Assembly (NCBI RefSeq): GCF_006345805.1
Contig: NC_043007.1
Coordinates: 28,334,001 to 28,398,000, forward strand
Source of the DNA: Octopus sinensis
Lineage: Eukaryota
DNA: 64,000 bases
Direction of reading: 5' to 3'
Part shown: one piece after another, positions 52,685 through 64,000 of the stretch
Layout: every line of letters begins with the position of its first letter
How positions within the stretch are numbered: the stretch's first letter is position 1
Notes under the pieces: generated by a model
Databases searched by the model: none
What the model was told of the DNA's origin: nothing
Seen by the model: only the letters and a program-made list of their open reading frames with translations
Translations under genes and position numbers: made by a program

Positions 52685-52813
52685 GAATTCTATTACAGAC
52701 ATGATAGGAAAAATATCAGTGAACAATAATGTCTTACCTCTATTGGGTTAGGATTAGGTAAGGTTAGGGTTATTTTTCGATGATTTTTTTCCTATCATGT
52801 CTGTAACAGATTT
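52685..52813. repeat. mini fold-back element with telomere-like loop (different arms from 37766)
   Basis: TTACAGACATGATAGGAAAAA / TTTTTCCTATCATGTCTGTAA around GGGTTAGGATTAGGTAAGGTTAGGGTT. Confidence 0.8.
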
Positions 52814-52821
52814 GTGACTAT

Positions 52822-53586
52822 TTGGTGGTATACCTCAACTTCAATTCCCACCATCCATGCAGTGTAGAGAGGGGGATTGCTCAGTACCTAAAACATCAAG
52901 CAAAGAATATAAGTAGCAATCATGATACACACCACGAAGAAATGATCAAGCTCAGTAACAATCTATTAAGCAACAACTACCCCAAAAACATACTATCCAC
53001 TCCACTCTGGTTAGATTCAATGAGGATATCCCTGATCAATTCTGTGAAGTGGGTGGAATTCTTCACGTACGATGTTGACTTTTCTGCTAATGGACTGTTT
53101 ATATCCACAAGGAAGTGGTTCAGTGGATGACATGCTGAACCTCTACAGAAAAGAGAGGATGAAACTAATAAACTGTCCAGTCTGTCTACCCTATGTGAAA
53201 GGCCTCTCTGAAAAGATACAAAAGATATGCGGCCCATATGACATCAGGACAGTATTCAAAAGTAATACAACACTTCACAAATATCTTCTTTGAGTAAAAC
53301 CATCAATAGAAGAGAATATGACCAAAGACTGCGTGTACTCCATCACATGCAGCTGTGACAGGTTATACAAAGCGGAAAAATGGAAACCACCTCCTCCTGT
53401 GGGATGAAGTTAAAATAATTGACAGAATACCAATGGAAAATACAAAAACTAAAAGAAGCAGCCCATATGCTAGGACACAACAACCTCCTAAGCAGACTGA
53501 GTGCAGATATGAGAAGCATATGGGAACCGGTATTAAGGAAAGATAAGAAAATATTAGATTTATACGCCCTAAAATTCACTCCATAA
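52822..53586 (+). mobile_element. Penelope-like element C-terminus and GIY-YIG endonuclease, degenerate, with an inverted RT piece
   Basis: YLNFNSHHP, NNYP, LPYVKGLSEKI, CVYSITCSCDRLY, KLKEAAH, stop at 53584-53586; SYVKNSTHF RT segment on minus strand at about 53000-53140. Confidence 0.85.
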
Positions 53587-53593
53587 TTGCCCA

Positions 53594-53805
53594 CGGGCAT
53601 GTGGCATAGTGGTTAAGATTCCGAGTTTGATTCCAGGCAGTGACTTGAATAACAATAACATCAAAAAATATTTTAGGAATGAGAACCCAGGTTTGAAATT
53701 TCCCCAAGACACCTGATGAAGGCTGGAGGGTATATCAGTTGAAACATTGTGTTAACAACAAACAAGATGAGGACAAATATCTATCAAATGTAAATAATGT
53801 AAATG
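53594..53805 (+). ncRNA. tRNA-like (A/B box) head followed by a minimal type I hammerhead-like motif
   Basis: TGGCATAGTGG and GTTTGATTCC boxes; GACAC-CTGATGA-A-GGCTGG..TCAGTT-GAAA-CAT-T-GTGTT at 53708-53753. Confidence 0.65.
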
Positions 53806-54125
53806 ATGCATCATTGTACATACTGATCCCGAAATCTGTGACTCTGGCTTGTAGTGCCTTTGGGTCCTGTATGTGTAGATTGTACTATATTCATGAATTG
53901 ATAGTGCAGTGCTTGAAATTGTCCAGTATTAAACTGCACGTTGTTTCAGCTCACTTGTATATTGAATTTAGGTCTCACTGTAAGCTTGTGACATCATCTT
54001 GGTTTTTTTATTGCCTCTGATACTTTTGTATCACTGGCATAGCTAGTGACAGTGGCTGTCTGAGTGATCATGGGCATGTCTAAGAGGGCTATTATGAACA
54101 GTAATGGCCCCTAGAACAGGATACC

Positions 54126-54356
54126 TATTTCTTTACTACCCACAAGGGGCTAAACATAGAGAGGACAAACAAGGACAGACAAACGGATTAAGTCGATTAT
54201 ATCGACCCCAGTGCGTAACTGGTCCTTAATTTATCGATCCCAAAAGGATGAAAGGCAAAGTCGACCTCGGCGGAATTTGAACTCAGAACGTAATGGCAGA
54301 CAAAATACAGCCAAGCATTTCGCCCGGCGTGCTAACGGTTCTGCCAGCTTGCCGCC
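54126..54356 (-). mobile_element. tRNA-derived SINE (family C) with 13-bp TSD
   Basis: GTTCAAATTCC B box; AGAACAGGATACC at 54113-54125 and 54357-54369. Confidence 0.88.
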
Positions 54357-54469
54357 AGAACAGGATACCATTTAGGATTTGAGGAGTTTCCCGGCAACAG
54401 TTTTGTTTCGTGGATTTCTTTTTTTTTTCCAGGTTATTTTGCATGCTGATGATGACCTTCATGTTGAGG

Positions 54470-55050
54470 ATCATCACTTGTGATGAGAGTGGGTCTACAG
54501 GTACAACCTTGAGACAAAGCAGCAGTCGTCACAATGAAAGAGCCCTTCAACTCTACAACTGAAGAAGGTATGACAGGGCCACAGCTCAATGGAGAGCATG
54601 CTTGTCATTTTTTCTACATATAGTGCATCAAGAATTTGTTCCCCCAGAGCCAGACTGTCACTCAAGAGTTCCACTGCAATGTTTTCAATGTTTTGAGGGA
54701 AGACATTTGATGAAAACAACCAGATCTATGGAGCGCAAAGAATCGGGTTCTTCATGGATCCATTGCACCATCACCAAGCTCTTGTTAATCAGGAGTTTTT
54801 TTTTGCCAAAAACATCATGGTACTGTTTCCGTACCCACCCTATTCACCAGATTTAGCAGCTTTTAACAAGAGCAAATCGCAGAAGGTCCTTGATTCCCTT
54901 AAGGAAAATAACTTCCATGCTGGATTCTAAAAGTGGCAAGAATGCTGGGGCCAGTGTATTGCTGAGCAAGGTGACAATTTTGAAGGAGATGATGTTAACA
55001 CTTAAGTAAATAAGCTATTTTTTTTTATTAAACATAACTAGTCTGGGAAC
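54470..55050 (+). mobile_element. mariner transposase relic (catalytic half)
   Basis: ITCDES, IVHQEFVPP, PYPPYSPDLA, W..C...QGDNFEGD motifs with frameshifts and deletions. Confidence 0.8.
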
Positions 55051-55811
55051 TTTATATATACACAAACACAAATGCATACACAGACATATATATCCTTTAA
55101 TGGTAGAGAACTGTTACTATGGTATCAATGAATTATTCATCTCCCAATTTGTTGTTGATCATTCACTTTTAGTTTTTTTACTAATGTGTGTACGTCTTTA
55201 TATTCAGTGAGTGCTGCCAATATACATATGAACATTAATTCAAATTTTATAAATTATTTATAAACATAGTTTATTCAATAATAATTTAATTACAGGTTTG
55301 TTATATGATATAATGTTTACCACAATTGTCATATTTCAAAACAGCTTCAAAGGTCTAGAGTATGTTAGCAGAGGACAGGGATTCCTTACTTCAACACAGG
55401 TATCTTTTCACACAAATAAAGAAAAATATAGAGATGAAGCAGACAATGACTCAGCACAAGACACACATTCACATACACACCAACCCATGCTAGCATGGAA
55501 AGCGGACGTCGGACGTTAAACGACGATGATGACATCCAAATGGAGGAAGACAGAGAAAGAAAAAGATAGCATAGAGGGGATATATGTAATCCCACAATAC
55601 TTCTTTATAGTTCTTTTCTAAATAGTATTACTAACACATTTAAGTTTCTTGTAGAATTCCCAAAGACATGATCCTTTAAATGCATAATATAACTCCTTTA
55701 AAGTCTTTTTGTGTGTAGGTAAAAGAGAAAAATTATTTTCAGTTTGAATATTGAGAAGTCATTGAGAGGTTGGGGAGGTTCACTTAACGTGAACCAAACA
55801 CAGTAAATTGT

Positions 55812-57620
55812 TTATAAGGACATGCTGTGTTGTTCTACTTTTACAGTGTAATAACTCGGCTCATCAGGATAGTTATTTGACACCAAAACGTGGTCGATTG
55901 GTAACACGCTGAAGAAGGAGATTGTCATCTGCTCGGAAGAATCTTCCACATTTTCAAATATTGTTTTCCAAAAATATGGTTGGGACTTGTCCAGGAAACT
56001 GTTGATACAGGAAACAGGAACAGAAAATTCAAAAGTCTGTTTACTTTCTAGTGGGTTACTGGTGAAATGTTTTAATGTAGTCAAAGCTGTTGAACTCAAA
56101 GTGGAGTGAGGCAGTTTAAGATAGACGTCAAGTAAGGTGACCAACTCATAAACAATGTGTAGTTTTTCTAACAGTGACATTCTCTCTTGGATATTCCAGG
56201 CACGATCAGTATAGAACTGTAGTTGGTCAAGTGTTGCAAGTTCGTTGGACACCAACATACTGATGTAGTCGTTATATAGTTTCTCAATACCTATATCAAT
56301 AAGTAGCTTCAATGGTACATAACCTTCCAGGTCAGGGCTGTCCATACTGTTCATGTAGGAGCTGCGCACCAGTTCAGCAATACGAGTCTTGTTAGTCTTA
56401 TGCACCAATGGTTGGATGTTTTTACACTGTAGTTCATCAAACATGTAGTTTAGACAGTCAACAAGCTCTTCATAGCTGTGACAATTCATTAAAACATTCC
56501 ACACTTTATCAGAAAAGTCCTGATCTTTTCGATCAAACATAGATATTTTGTGAGGAATTTCTTCATTATTCTCATTTTCATTTAAATTATCATCAATGTC
56601 AGCATCACCAAGCTTCAAGTGTTCAAAAAGATTCTTCAAATCATCAATAACAGTTGTACTTTCAGATTCTGACATCAACCAATTGACTTTACCTTTAGAA
56701 AATCCCTCAAAAAATCCTCGCAGAGTTGAGAACTCTTGGAACTTTTTATAAGTTGGTCCCGTTTTATCTCCTGGCACAATTTTCACCTTGACAGTAACCC
56801 TAACTTCTGGTGAAGGTTTATCCAAGTATTTCATGGATTTATTCCATTCTGTTTCGAGAATTATTTTACTCGCCTCTTCACTTTGATCATTATTCGAGGC
56901 AGTACTACTGTCAAACACATGATATTCTGCTCTGTTGTGTAGTTGGCGCATGTTTTCAGGAAAAGAATCAGAAGTGGAAGAAATGGAGGAGAGATTGCTG
57001 GTTGTTTCTGCAACAGTTATTCTGGAGTACAACAACATGTTGTTGCTATCAGCATCGACTTCAGGTGAGACATAAACGAATGCTGTGTTGAGCAAATCTT
57101 CTCCATTGCAATACACCAAAATAGGAATCCTTTCTTCTTTGCTGACAGAATATTTGGGCGACAACATAAGAGAGCAGAAAGCAGACAAGACACGTTTAGA
57201 ACATGAAAGACTAATGGGAAGAAACGAACTTTGATTCTTTACATACACAGATTTCAAAGGAGATACAACGACACGATTAAGGTCGGCATATTCCTTCATT
57301 TCCAAAGGCGAACCTTCATATAAACTGTTATTGTCGTCAGAAATATCACTCTTCGGAGAAAGGACATCAGATAGATTGCTGTCAGAGGGGTTGTTACGAG
57401 TTTTCACAGTGGCATTGTCTTTTCTTCCGAGACAAACAACAATAAACGGCAGAGTAAAAGAACAGATGTTCTGCAAGACATCCAGATCGCCATACAACGA
57501 CACATCATCAACAATATATAACATCGTATCTTGAAACTTTATGACATTATTATTGGTCGTGGGGCTTTTCAAAAGCTTGCCGAGACATTCCTGAAATTGA
57601 GGAATTAATTTAATATCCAT
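55812..57620 (-). CDS. ZWILCH: Zwilch kinetochore protein (RZZ complex), 602 aa from ATG at 57620, single coding exon
   Basis: C-terminal DFSDKVWNVLMNCHSYEEL...IQPLVHKTNKT...PLKLLIDIGIEKLYNDY block typical of Zwilch; length close to vertebrate orthologues. Confidence 0.88.
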   Translation of the reverse strand: MDIKLIPQFQECLGKLLKSPTTNNNVIKFQDTMLYIVDDVSLYGDLDVLQNICSFTLPFIVVCLGRKDNATVKTRNNPSDSNLSDVLSPKSDISDDNNSLYEGSPLEMKEYADLNRVVVSPLKSVYVKNQSSFLPISLSCSKRVLSAFCSLMLSPKYSVSKEERIPILVYCNGEDLLNTAFVYVSPEVDADSNNMLLYSRITVAETTSNLSSISSTSDSFPENMRQLHNRAEYHVFDSSTASNNDQSEEASKIILETEWNKSMKYLDKPSPEVRVTVKVKIVPGDKTGPTYKKFQEFSTLRGFFEGFSKGKVNWLMSESESTTVIDDLKNLFEHLKLGDADIDDNLNENENNEEIPHKISMFDRKDQDFSDKVWNVLMNCHSYEELVDCLNYMFDELQCKNIQPLVHKTNKTRIAELVRSSYMNSMDSPDLEGYVPLKLLIDIGIEKLYNDYISMLVSNELATLDQLQFYTDRAWNIQERMSLLEKLHIVYELVTLLDVYLKLPHSTLSSTALTTLKHFTSNPLESKQTFEFSVPVSCINSFLDKSQPYFWKTIFENVEDSSEQMTISFFSVLPIDHVLVSNNYPDEPSYYTVKVEQHSMSL

Positions 57621-57757
57621 ATTTACCTTAAAATATCTTAAGTAAATAAATCTCTGTTGTCGGTTAAACTCAGTTGTTAAATAAACCGCCACAAATGAAG
57701 GTTACATACAAAAACAAAAATAGTGAATTGGGTGAGACTCTCTACCTGCCCCTCCTT

Positions 57758-57842
<85 letters not shown>

Positions 57843-57979
57843 TAAGTGAAAATAATTTTTTAATGAAAGCTAAGAAAATGATAAAAAAAAAATGACGGTA
57901 ATTACGTTTCAGCATTTTCATTTTAGTCTTTATATGAAACCAACATATTAACTGTCTCAAATGAACGAAGTAGTTGAAT

Positions 57980-58640
57980 GGGGCGGGTACGGTTTCGCAC
58001 CCCTCGTTTGGAAAAATGCATTTTTTTACAAAAAATGTTTCGGATGTCGGAAATTACGAATATGCAAAAAAAAAAAAAAAATGTTTAACCGCTCCACTCA
58101 CTACCATGTTTTAGATGACGGAGATTCCGAATATGCAAGAAACCACGTTTTCAAAATGTTAAATTCCTCAAGCATAAAGATGTGTGTATAAGGAGATATG
58201 AAAGCCTTCCTCAGCGGTGACAACCGTCTTTTATAGAACCGCCTCATTTAGCTGACAAATATATTTTTATGAATAAACAGACAGGGATAAATAGATAGAC
58301 AAAGGAATAAATAAATGGATGAAAAAGTTCAAAATTTTAAATTAGGGGAGAGGGTGAAATTTGAGCCCTTTATTAAACTTTATAACTTTACATTAAATTA
58401 TTATTTATGCTTATTTAAGGCAAACACGAGTAAAACGACGCAAATTCTTTTCACTCCAATGTCTTTGTATTTAATTTCGATTTGCCTATGATCGTCAATT
58501 TGCTGCAATCTCTTTAAAGTAAACAAAATCAAAAATTTAATCGGGGGGATTTTTTTTTGCACATTCGTAATCTCCGACATCTTAAACGTAGGAATCTGAA
58601 AATTTTTGAAGCAGCCAAATCACACGCAATCTTTTAAAAA
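57980..58640. mobile_element. probable non-autonomous DNA transposon with internal inverted repeats
   Basis: GATGTCGGAAATTACGAATATGCAAAAAAA (about 58044) versus TTTTTTTGCACATTCGTAATCTCCGACATC (about 58551); termini not resolved. Confidence 0.5.
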
Positions 58641-58695
58641 ACTGTCATTTTGTAGTTACGAGTGGGAACATCATTAACAAAGAAACAATATCGAC

Positions 58696-58780
58696 GGAGG
58701 TAAAGAATACGCACACCACCCGTTCTCAGCGTAACAAAAGCCTTAACTCTAAACACTGGATGGGCGTATTCTTTACCTTC
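58696..58780. repeat. second copy of the 37766 mini fold-back family, opposite loop orientation
   Basis: GGAGGTAAAGAATACGC / GCGTATTCTTTACCTTC; loop CCTTAACTCTAAAC. Confidence 0.75.
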
Positions 58781-58799
58781 GACCTACAAATTGCATTAA

Positions 58800-59480
58800 T
58801 TCTTTTACTTGTTTCTGTCATTAGACTGCGGCCATGCTGGGGCACTTCCTTGAAAAATTTTAGTTGAACTAACCGACCCCAGTATTTATTTTGAAATCTG
58901 GCATTGGATCTTTTCCTTCCGTCCATCAAAAGGAAAAGATCCCTGGTATTTAATTTATTCTGTGGGTTTTCATTTGCCAAACCGATGTTACGGGAACGTA
59001 AACACATCAGCACCTATTGTCAGTCGGTGGTGAGGGCACACATATACACATACAGTGGTGAAGTGGGTCTAAGAAATTGATTGCCAGGAGACTAAGGGAG
59101 CGCTACAGCGCAATCTATTTATTTATTTTTGTTAAAGTATCCTTTTCAACTGTCTGCAAACACAACCAGGCTGAAATAATGCATTCTTCCAGGAGTATCT
59201 AAGGGCCCCTTAGATACTAACATGCCCCCACCCACCCATATAGGGATTGTAATGACGGAGGGGCCTACTTGCCATCGGGCAAGTTGGCCAGCCACTGCGC
59301 ATATATATATATATATATATACACGCGACGGGCTTCTTTTCATTTTTTCACGCTCAGAATACAACATATGCCAAATCCACTCAAAAGGATTTGGTCAGTC
59401 CGAAGTTATAATGGAAGACACGCCCAAGGTGACTCTATCAATTTTAAAAACACACCTCGCCTAGTTGATAAATCTACAAT
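58800..59480 (-). mobile_element. fragments of an older family-A SINE
   Basis: tail at 58800-59040 and head remnant at 59325-59480. Confidence 0.6.
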
Positions 59481-59559
59481 CTAGAAGAGGGGGTTGGATG
59501 AAGTGGACGACAACGAAAAAAACTGGATGTGAATGGCATACTGCCACGTGCAGTGCCGT

Positions 59560-59810
59560 AGTGGAGCGTCATAATTTGAAGTCTCCCCCAACTTCCCAAT
59601 TTGATCTACACTAGCGTGACAGAGAAGCCAGGTCGTACCTGTAATAAACCCAATTCTTAGATATGGATGGGTGCGTTCGACCGTGCGCGGGGCAGCGGGA
59701 ACAGCAACACCATGGATAGTGTGTGAGTGTAGGGACGCCTAACCTGGACAGATCGGCCGAAAGTGTCAGCGATCGATGTTCAGATGGATCACCAAAGCAC
59801 ACGCTCCACA
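59560..59810. mobile_element. possible solo LTR or MITE
   Basis: GTGGAGCGT / ACGCTCCAC(A) terminal inverted repeats, CpG-rich, AATAAA at about 59643; no clean TSD. Confidence 0.35.
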
Positions 59811-60257
59811 GTAAAAATTCAGCAATTGCTATATAAACTATATATATATTTGTTTTTATTATGAACTGATGTAAAAGTTTTATTTGTGCTCATAAATTAA
59901 TAATTTGCTCCTTTTAATTTTAAATTTTATGAATTAAATAGATTTAATAAAGCATTTTTAATTTTGCTAAATAAGATTGAAGTGAATAAATAAGTTTTAC
60001 TTCTGAATAAAAAGTATTTTTATAAATTTACTTTATCAAATAGAGCAGACATTGAAAGCGCATGCGCATGTAATTGTATTTATAATCAATTACACTTTTA
60101 ATGTATCTGTAGAGACGTGTGTGATTGTGTTGATGTAAAATTTAAAACAGGAGTAAGAGAATGTTTCGTATTTCGGCATTAGGAATCCTTATTATTTGAG
60201 GCTGCTGATGTATTTTTCTTCTTTCATACTTTATTCATTTAAGAATTGATACAGGGT

Positions 60258-60582
60258 AAAGACCCCTTTCGGTCATGAGTGACCATGGGTTTGCACCTAG
60301 AGAGTTACCCTCTGAGGCACAAGTCTGGGCAAGGTTGTTTTATGGAAGACCAGTAGTCGCCCATGCATACCAGCCTCCCCTCTCCACACCACCAGTGTTA
60401 TCCAAGGGAAAGACAAAGGTCGATACAGCTTGGCACCTGTGACGTCGCAACTCATTTCTACAGCTGAGTGAACTGGAGCAACGTGAAATAAAGTGTCTTG
60501 CTCAAGAACACAACATGCAGCCCGGTCCGGGATTCGAGCTCACAACCTCTCGATCGTAAGCTCGACGCTCTAACCACTGAGC
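60258..60582 (-). mobile_element. family-B SINE, second copy
   Basis: highly similar to 49098-49441. Confidence 0.88.
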
Positions 60583-60657
60583 CAAGTTTCACAAAATCCC
60601 ACATTTTATATTAAAGTATGTTAAATACTGTAAAGACGACTAAAAAAGGTCAGAACT

Positions 60658-61538
60658 GGCTCAATATAAAGATCCTCACCTGATAACGAAAACAAAACAA
60701 AACAAAAAACCCATCCTGCTGGGTGTTAACAACTGTGGAGAAAACGAATCTGGAAAAAAAATTGCACAAACGAACCTGGGAGGTGGGGAGAAGACTTTCG
60801 GAAAATTCACAAGATCCAATTTTTCCCATATAACTTTCAGGAAAATGGAATATATATTGATTTTTTTTTACGAAATCTTACGTTTTCGTCTGTGGAGAAT
60901 CCGATTCTGAAAAAAAAATTGTAAAATTTCAATTTTTCAAAAAAAAAAAAAGCAGGCTATCCAAATGCTAGAAATAACAGCCAAATCTCACAAAACTGCG
61001 ATAACATAATGAAAGAAATATGTAATCAATCTACTCACGTTTCTGCAAAGATTTCTTTCAGAGTAATTTCCCGACATAATATGATAAAGCAATTCAAGTG
61101 AAATTAAAGAGTTAATTTTTTTTGTTTGTTTTTTGAAAATTACAAAAAATATGAGTGCAGAAATAACAGCAAACTCATTTGAAAAAGAAAAGTAAAAATA
61201 GCAACGAAATACTGAGACAAAGTGAAATGAAAGAGAATCATTTGACCTGCACAAAACATCGTGTGTTTGTGGAACTGAAAATGGTCTTGCTCATTTGAGA
61301 CTTGGCTGTTATTTCTAGCATGTGGATAGCCGAATTGAAGGCCAAGGCCGTAGAATTGGGAGGGGAGGGGTTTTTTTTTAAATATATATCCATTTTCCTG
61401 AAAGTTATGAGGGGAAAATCAGATCTTGTGAATTTTCCGAAAGTTCTCCCCCTCCCCGGATTCGTTTTCTACACACCCAGCAGGCTATGTTTTTTGTTGG
61501 CTTTTTTTGTTAACGGGTGAGGATCTTTATATTGACCC
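60658..61538. mobile_element. fold-back MITE with about 200-bp TIRs
   Basis: GGCTCAATATAAAGATCCTCACC / GGTGAGGATCTTTATATTGACCC termini; inner inverted pair GCTATCCAAATGCTAGAAATAACAGCCAA / TTGGCTGTTATTTCTAGCATGTGGATAGC. Confidence 0.85.
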
Positions 61539-62762
61539 TTTAGGATACAGTTGCGGCATCCTATCAATAAATATCTCATTCTTCAAACCAAAAAGGGTTG
61601 AAAACTCAAGGAATTGACATTAATTATAATAAAGCTTCTGAGCAAGAGATAGACAGATGACAGTTCTGAAAAGAAATGGTAAATTCACAATTTAGTTTCT
61701 CCATTTACTTGTAAAAAAAAAAATGATCTTAAACCCTGTCCTAAAACACAAATTCATAATTGCTAACTCAAAACTTTTATTTTAAAATCATAATCTATTT
61801 TTAAAACAGAATACTAGAAAAATTCTTTGAAAACAAGCCAAAAATAAAATTGTTACCGCTAGTTGTGAACTCCCCAAGAGAGAAGAGGAAGTAAAACACG
61901 AAATTTTGAAAACAGAAAAGAATTATTTGCAGAATATAATCTTTGATGTTGAAAGCCTAGAAATCCAAATAAAGCTTTTAAAAAACAAAATGAAAAGAAA
62001 AAAATTATAGGCCTGGCTGAGTCATTGGGGTAATTCACAATCTTTTGGTATCAAAAATAATTCCTACAGGAACTCCTGGTAATCAGATTGTCTCCTACTC
62101 ACAATCAACTAATAATGAAGATAATTTGAGCCTCATCGATTATTCCGATCAGGAATGACAGAATTATCTTGATAAACTGAAATACTCCAAAATGAAGTTT
62201 AGTTGGAATGGATAGATCAAAGATGTGAAAAGAAAGATTTTAGGAACCACAATAACATGAGTAACCTACATTTTAGTTATACAAGCCTGTTGCAAAGAAG
62301 GGGATAAAGGCAGTGAAATTTATAATTAAAAAAAAAAAAACTGAAGATAAATGTGATATATAAAGGCTGAATTTTGTTTTTACTCTTAACAGTGTTGCTG
62401 TACAAAACAACCATCATCATCATCCTCATTTAACGTCGGTTGTCCATGCTGGCATGGGTTGGACAGTTTGAGTGGGTTGGCACTTTCAATTAATTCACAG
62501 TTTCAATTTAGTCCGGGATTTTTTGTCTGCTTATTTAGGTTTGTATCTAATCATTTCACCGTTTGTGTGTTGAGTTGTACGTGATTAAGTAGCTATGTTG
62601 TGTTTGTGTTTCACTGAATTTGTTTATCATCATCATCAGCATCATTGTTTAATGTCCACTTTCCATGCTGGCATGGGTTGGATGGTTTGACAGGCGCTGG
62701 CCAGACAGGAGCCTGCACCAGACTTCTTTCTGTTTTAGCAGGATTTTTACAGCAGGATGCTC

Positions 62763-63933
62763 GGTACTTCTTCGGAATCACCTCCACCATAACTTTTGAA
62801 CCAGTAATTTTTTTTTTTTTTTTCAGATTCATGTTTTCGATATCGGAGATTACAATTTAGCAAAGAAAAATAAATTTAATTCTAACCCCCCCCCCCAGCT
62901 ACACCTATATCCACCCAATTTATTTGCTTTGTTTTCAGCTGACAGGACATGCTGTCGTGCACCAAATGAAAGCTTCCAAATCCTGTTTTCCCGATCAGGT
63001 GAAAATTATCAAATTTTAAGCCTCTGTAACATTTTAAAAACATTTTTCTGGAAGAAGGGAAACAACTCCTGCAATTTAGCTGGGAAATGTACATTATTGT
63101 GCAAAATTTTAAAATTTTTGATAAACTTCAATTTTTGAAATGTTAATTGCCAAACTCAACTGGATCTATTATAGAACCGTTAAAAGTTAGTGTCAAACAT
63201 ACAATGAAGTTGATTAAAAAGATATACAAGCACAATTCAACTTCATTATTTAATTATGAAGTTTATTGATCTCAGAATCTATAATAGCCATCAATTGCTT
63301 GACTCAACAGCAACAATTAAATTGACAATTACATTTTGCCAAGATATTGGACTGTTACATCGTGTGACAGTTTGTTGCACATGTAACCAAAATATGGAAT
63401 TGACAAAGGGTGGTAAAACAAAGGAACGATTGAGATGGAGATTCAGAAGGCCATGTAGAAAGGAAAAAGGTTTGAGATGTAACACATTCTTTGCCAATAG
63501 TAATCTGGATTTAAGAGAAAATTTAATGTTCATTTACTTCTGGGTACATGAAGAAGCATCTGAAAGAAAATATTAACAGAGGCTGAGATGGAATAGTGAG
63601 ACTATTTGTAATTGGAAGAATTCCCTCTGTGACATATGCACAGTTGTTTCACTTTTTCCAGAAAAATGTTTTTAAAAAATTATAGAGGCTTAAAGTTTGA
63701 TAATTTTCTCCTGCAGGAAACAGGATTTGAAAGCTGTCATTTTGTGTGTGACAGCATGGCTTGTCAATTGTAAACAAAGTAAATAAATTAGGTGGGGGGT
63801 AATTGAGATTAAAAAACATTTTTTTTTGGTAAATTGTAATCTTTGATATCGAATACATGAATCTGAAAAACATTTTTCTTTTTAAATTACTGGTAAAAAA
63901 GTTATAAGGTGGGGGGAATTCCAAAGAATTACT
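62763..63933 (+). mobile_element. Merlin (IS1595/ISXO2-related) deletion derivative with about 300-bp TIRs and 8-bp TSD, nested in an RTE tail
   Basis: TSD GGATGCTC at 62755-62762 and 63934-63941; internal ORF 63256-63576 with CxxC...WRxRRPCRK...R.NTFF..S.L N-terminal Merlin-type motif. Confidence 0.85.
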
Positions 63934-64000
63934 GGATGCTCTTCCAAACACTGACCATCCGGCAGAGTGGACTGAGTGCTTTTTAGGTGGCACAAGCACA

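Noticed and set aside
61540-62400. Lys/Glu-rich broken frames as a pseudogene
   Set aside because: Multiple stops and no family motif recognisable by eye.

Overview
AT-rich, repeat-dominated animal genomic DNA. The SINE/RTE repertoire and huge (AT)n/(CA)n arrays suggest a coleoid cephalopod such as Octopus (inference). Four host genes are supported: exons 2-3 of a globin with the canonical B12.2/G7.0 introns (+, 8439-9913; exon 1 not found); a 3-exon, 186-aa claudin/PMP22-family tetraspan gene (-, 23678-29731); and two long single-coding-exon genes facing each other, VIPAS39/spe-39 (+, 39699-41417) and ZWILCH (-, 55812-57620). The rest is mostly mobile DNA: three RTE-LINE families (one with three C-terminal C2H2 fingers, one with a PHD-like finger inside the RT), a CR1-like LINE, Penelope-like (PLE) fragments, several tRNA-derived SINE families, two mariner relics, a Merlin derivative with an 8-bp TSD, a solo LTR with a 4-bp TSD, a Helitron-like element and several fold-back MITEs. 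The most unusual signals are several minimal hammerhead-ribozyme-like motifs (one in a 270-bp palindrome, one behind a tRNA-like Pol III head directly after a PLE ORF) and a near-identical 1.28-kb direct duplication bracketing the globin exons. All alignments, folds and identities were judged by eye; none was computed.
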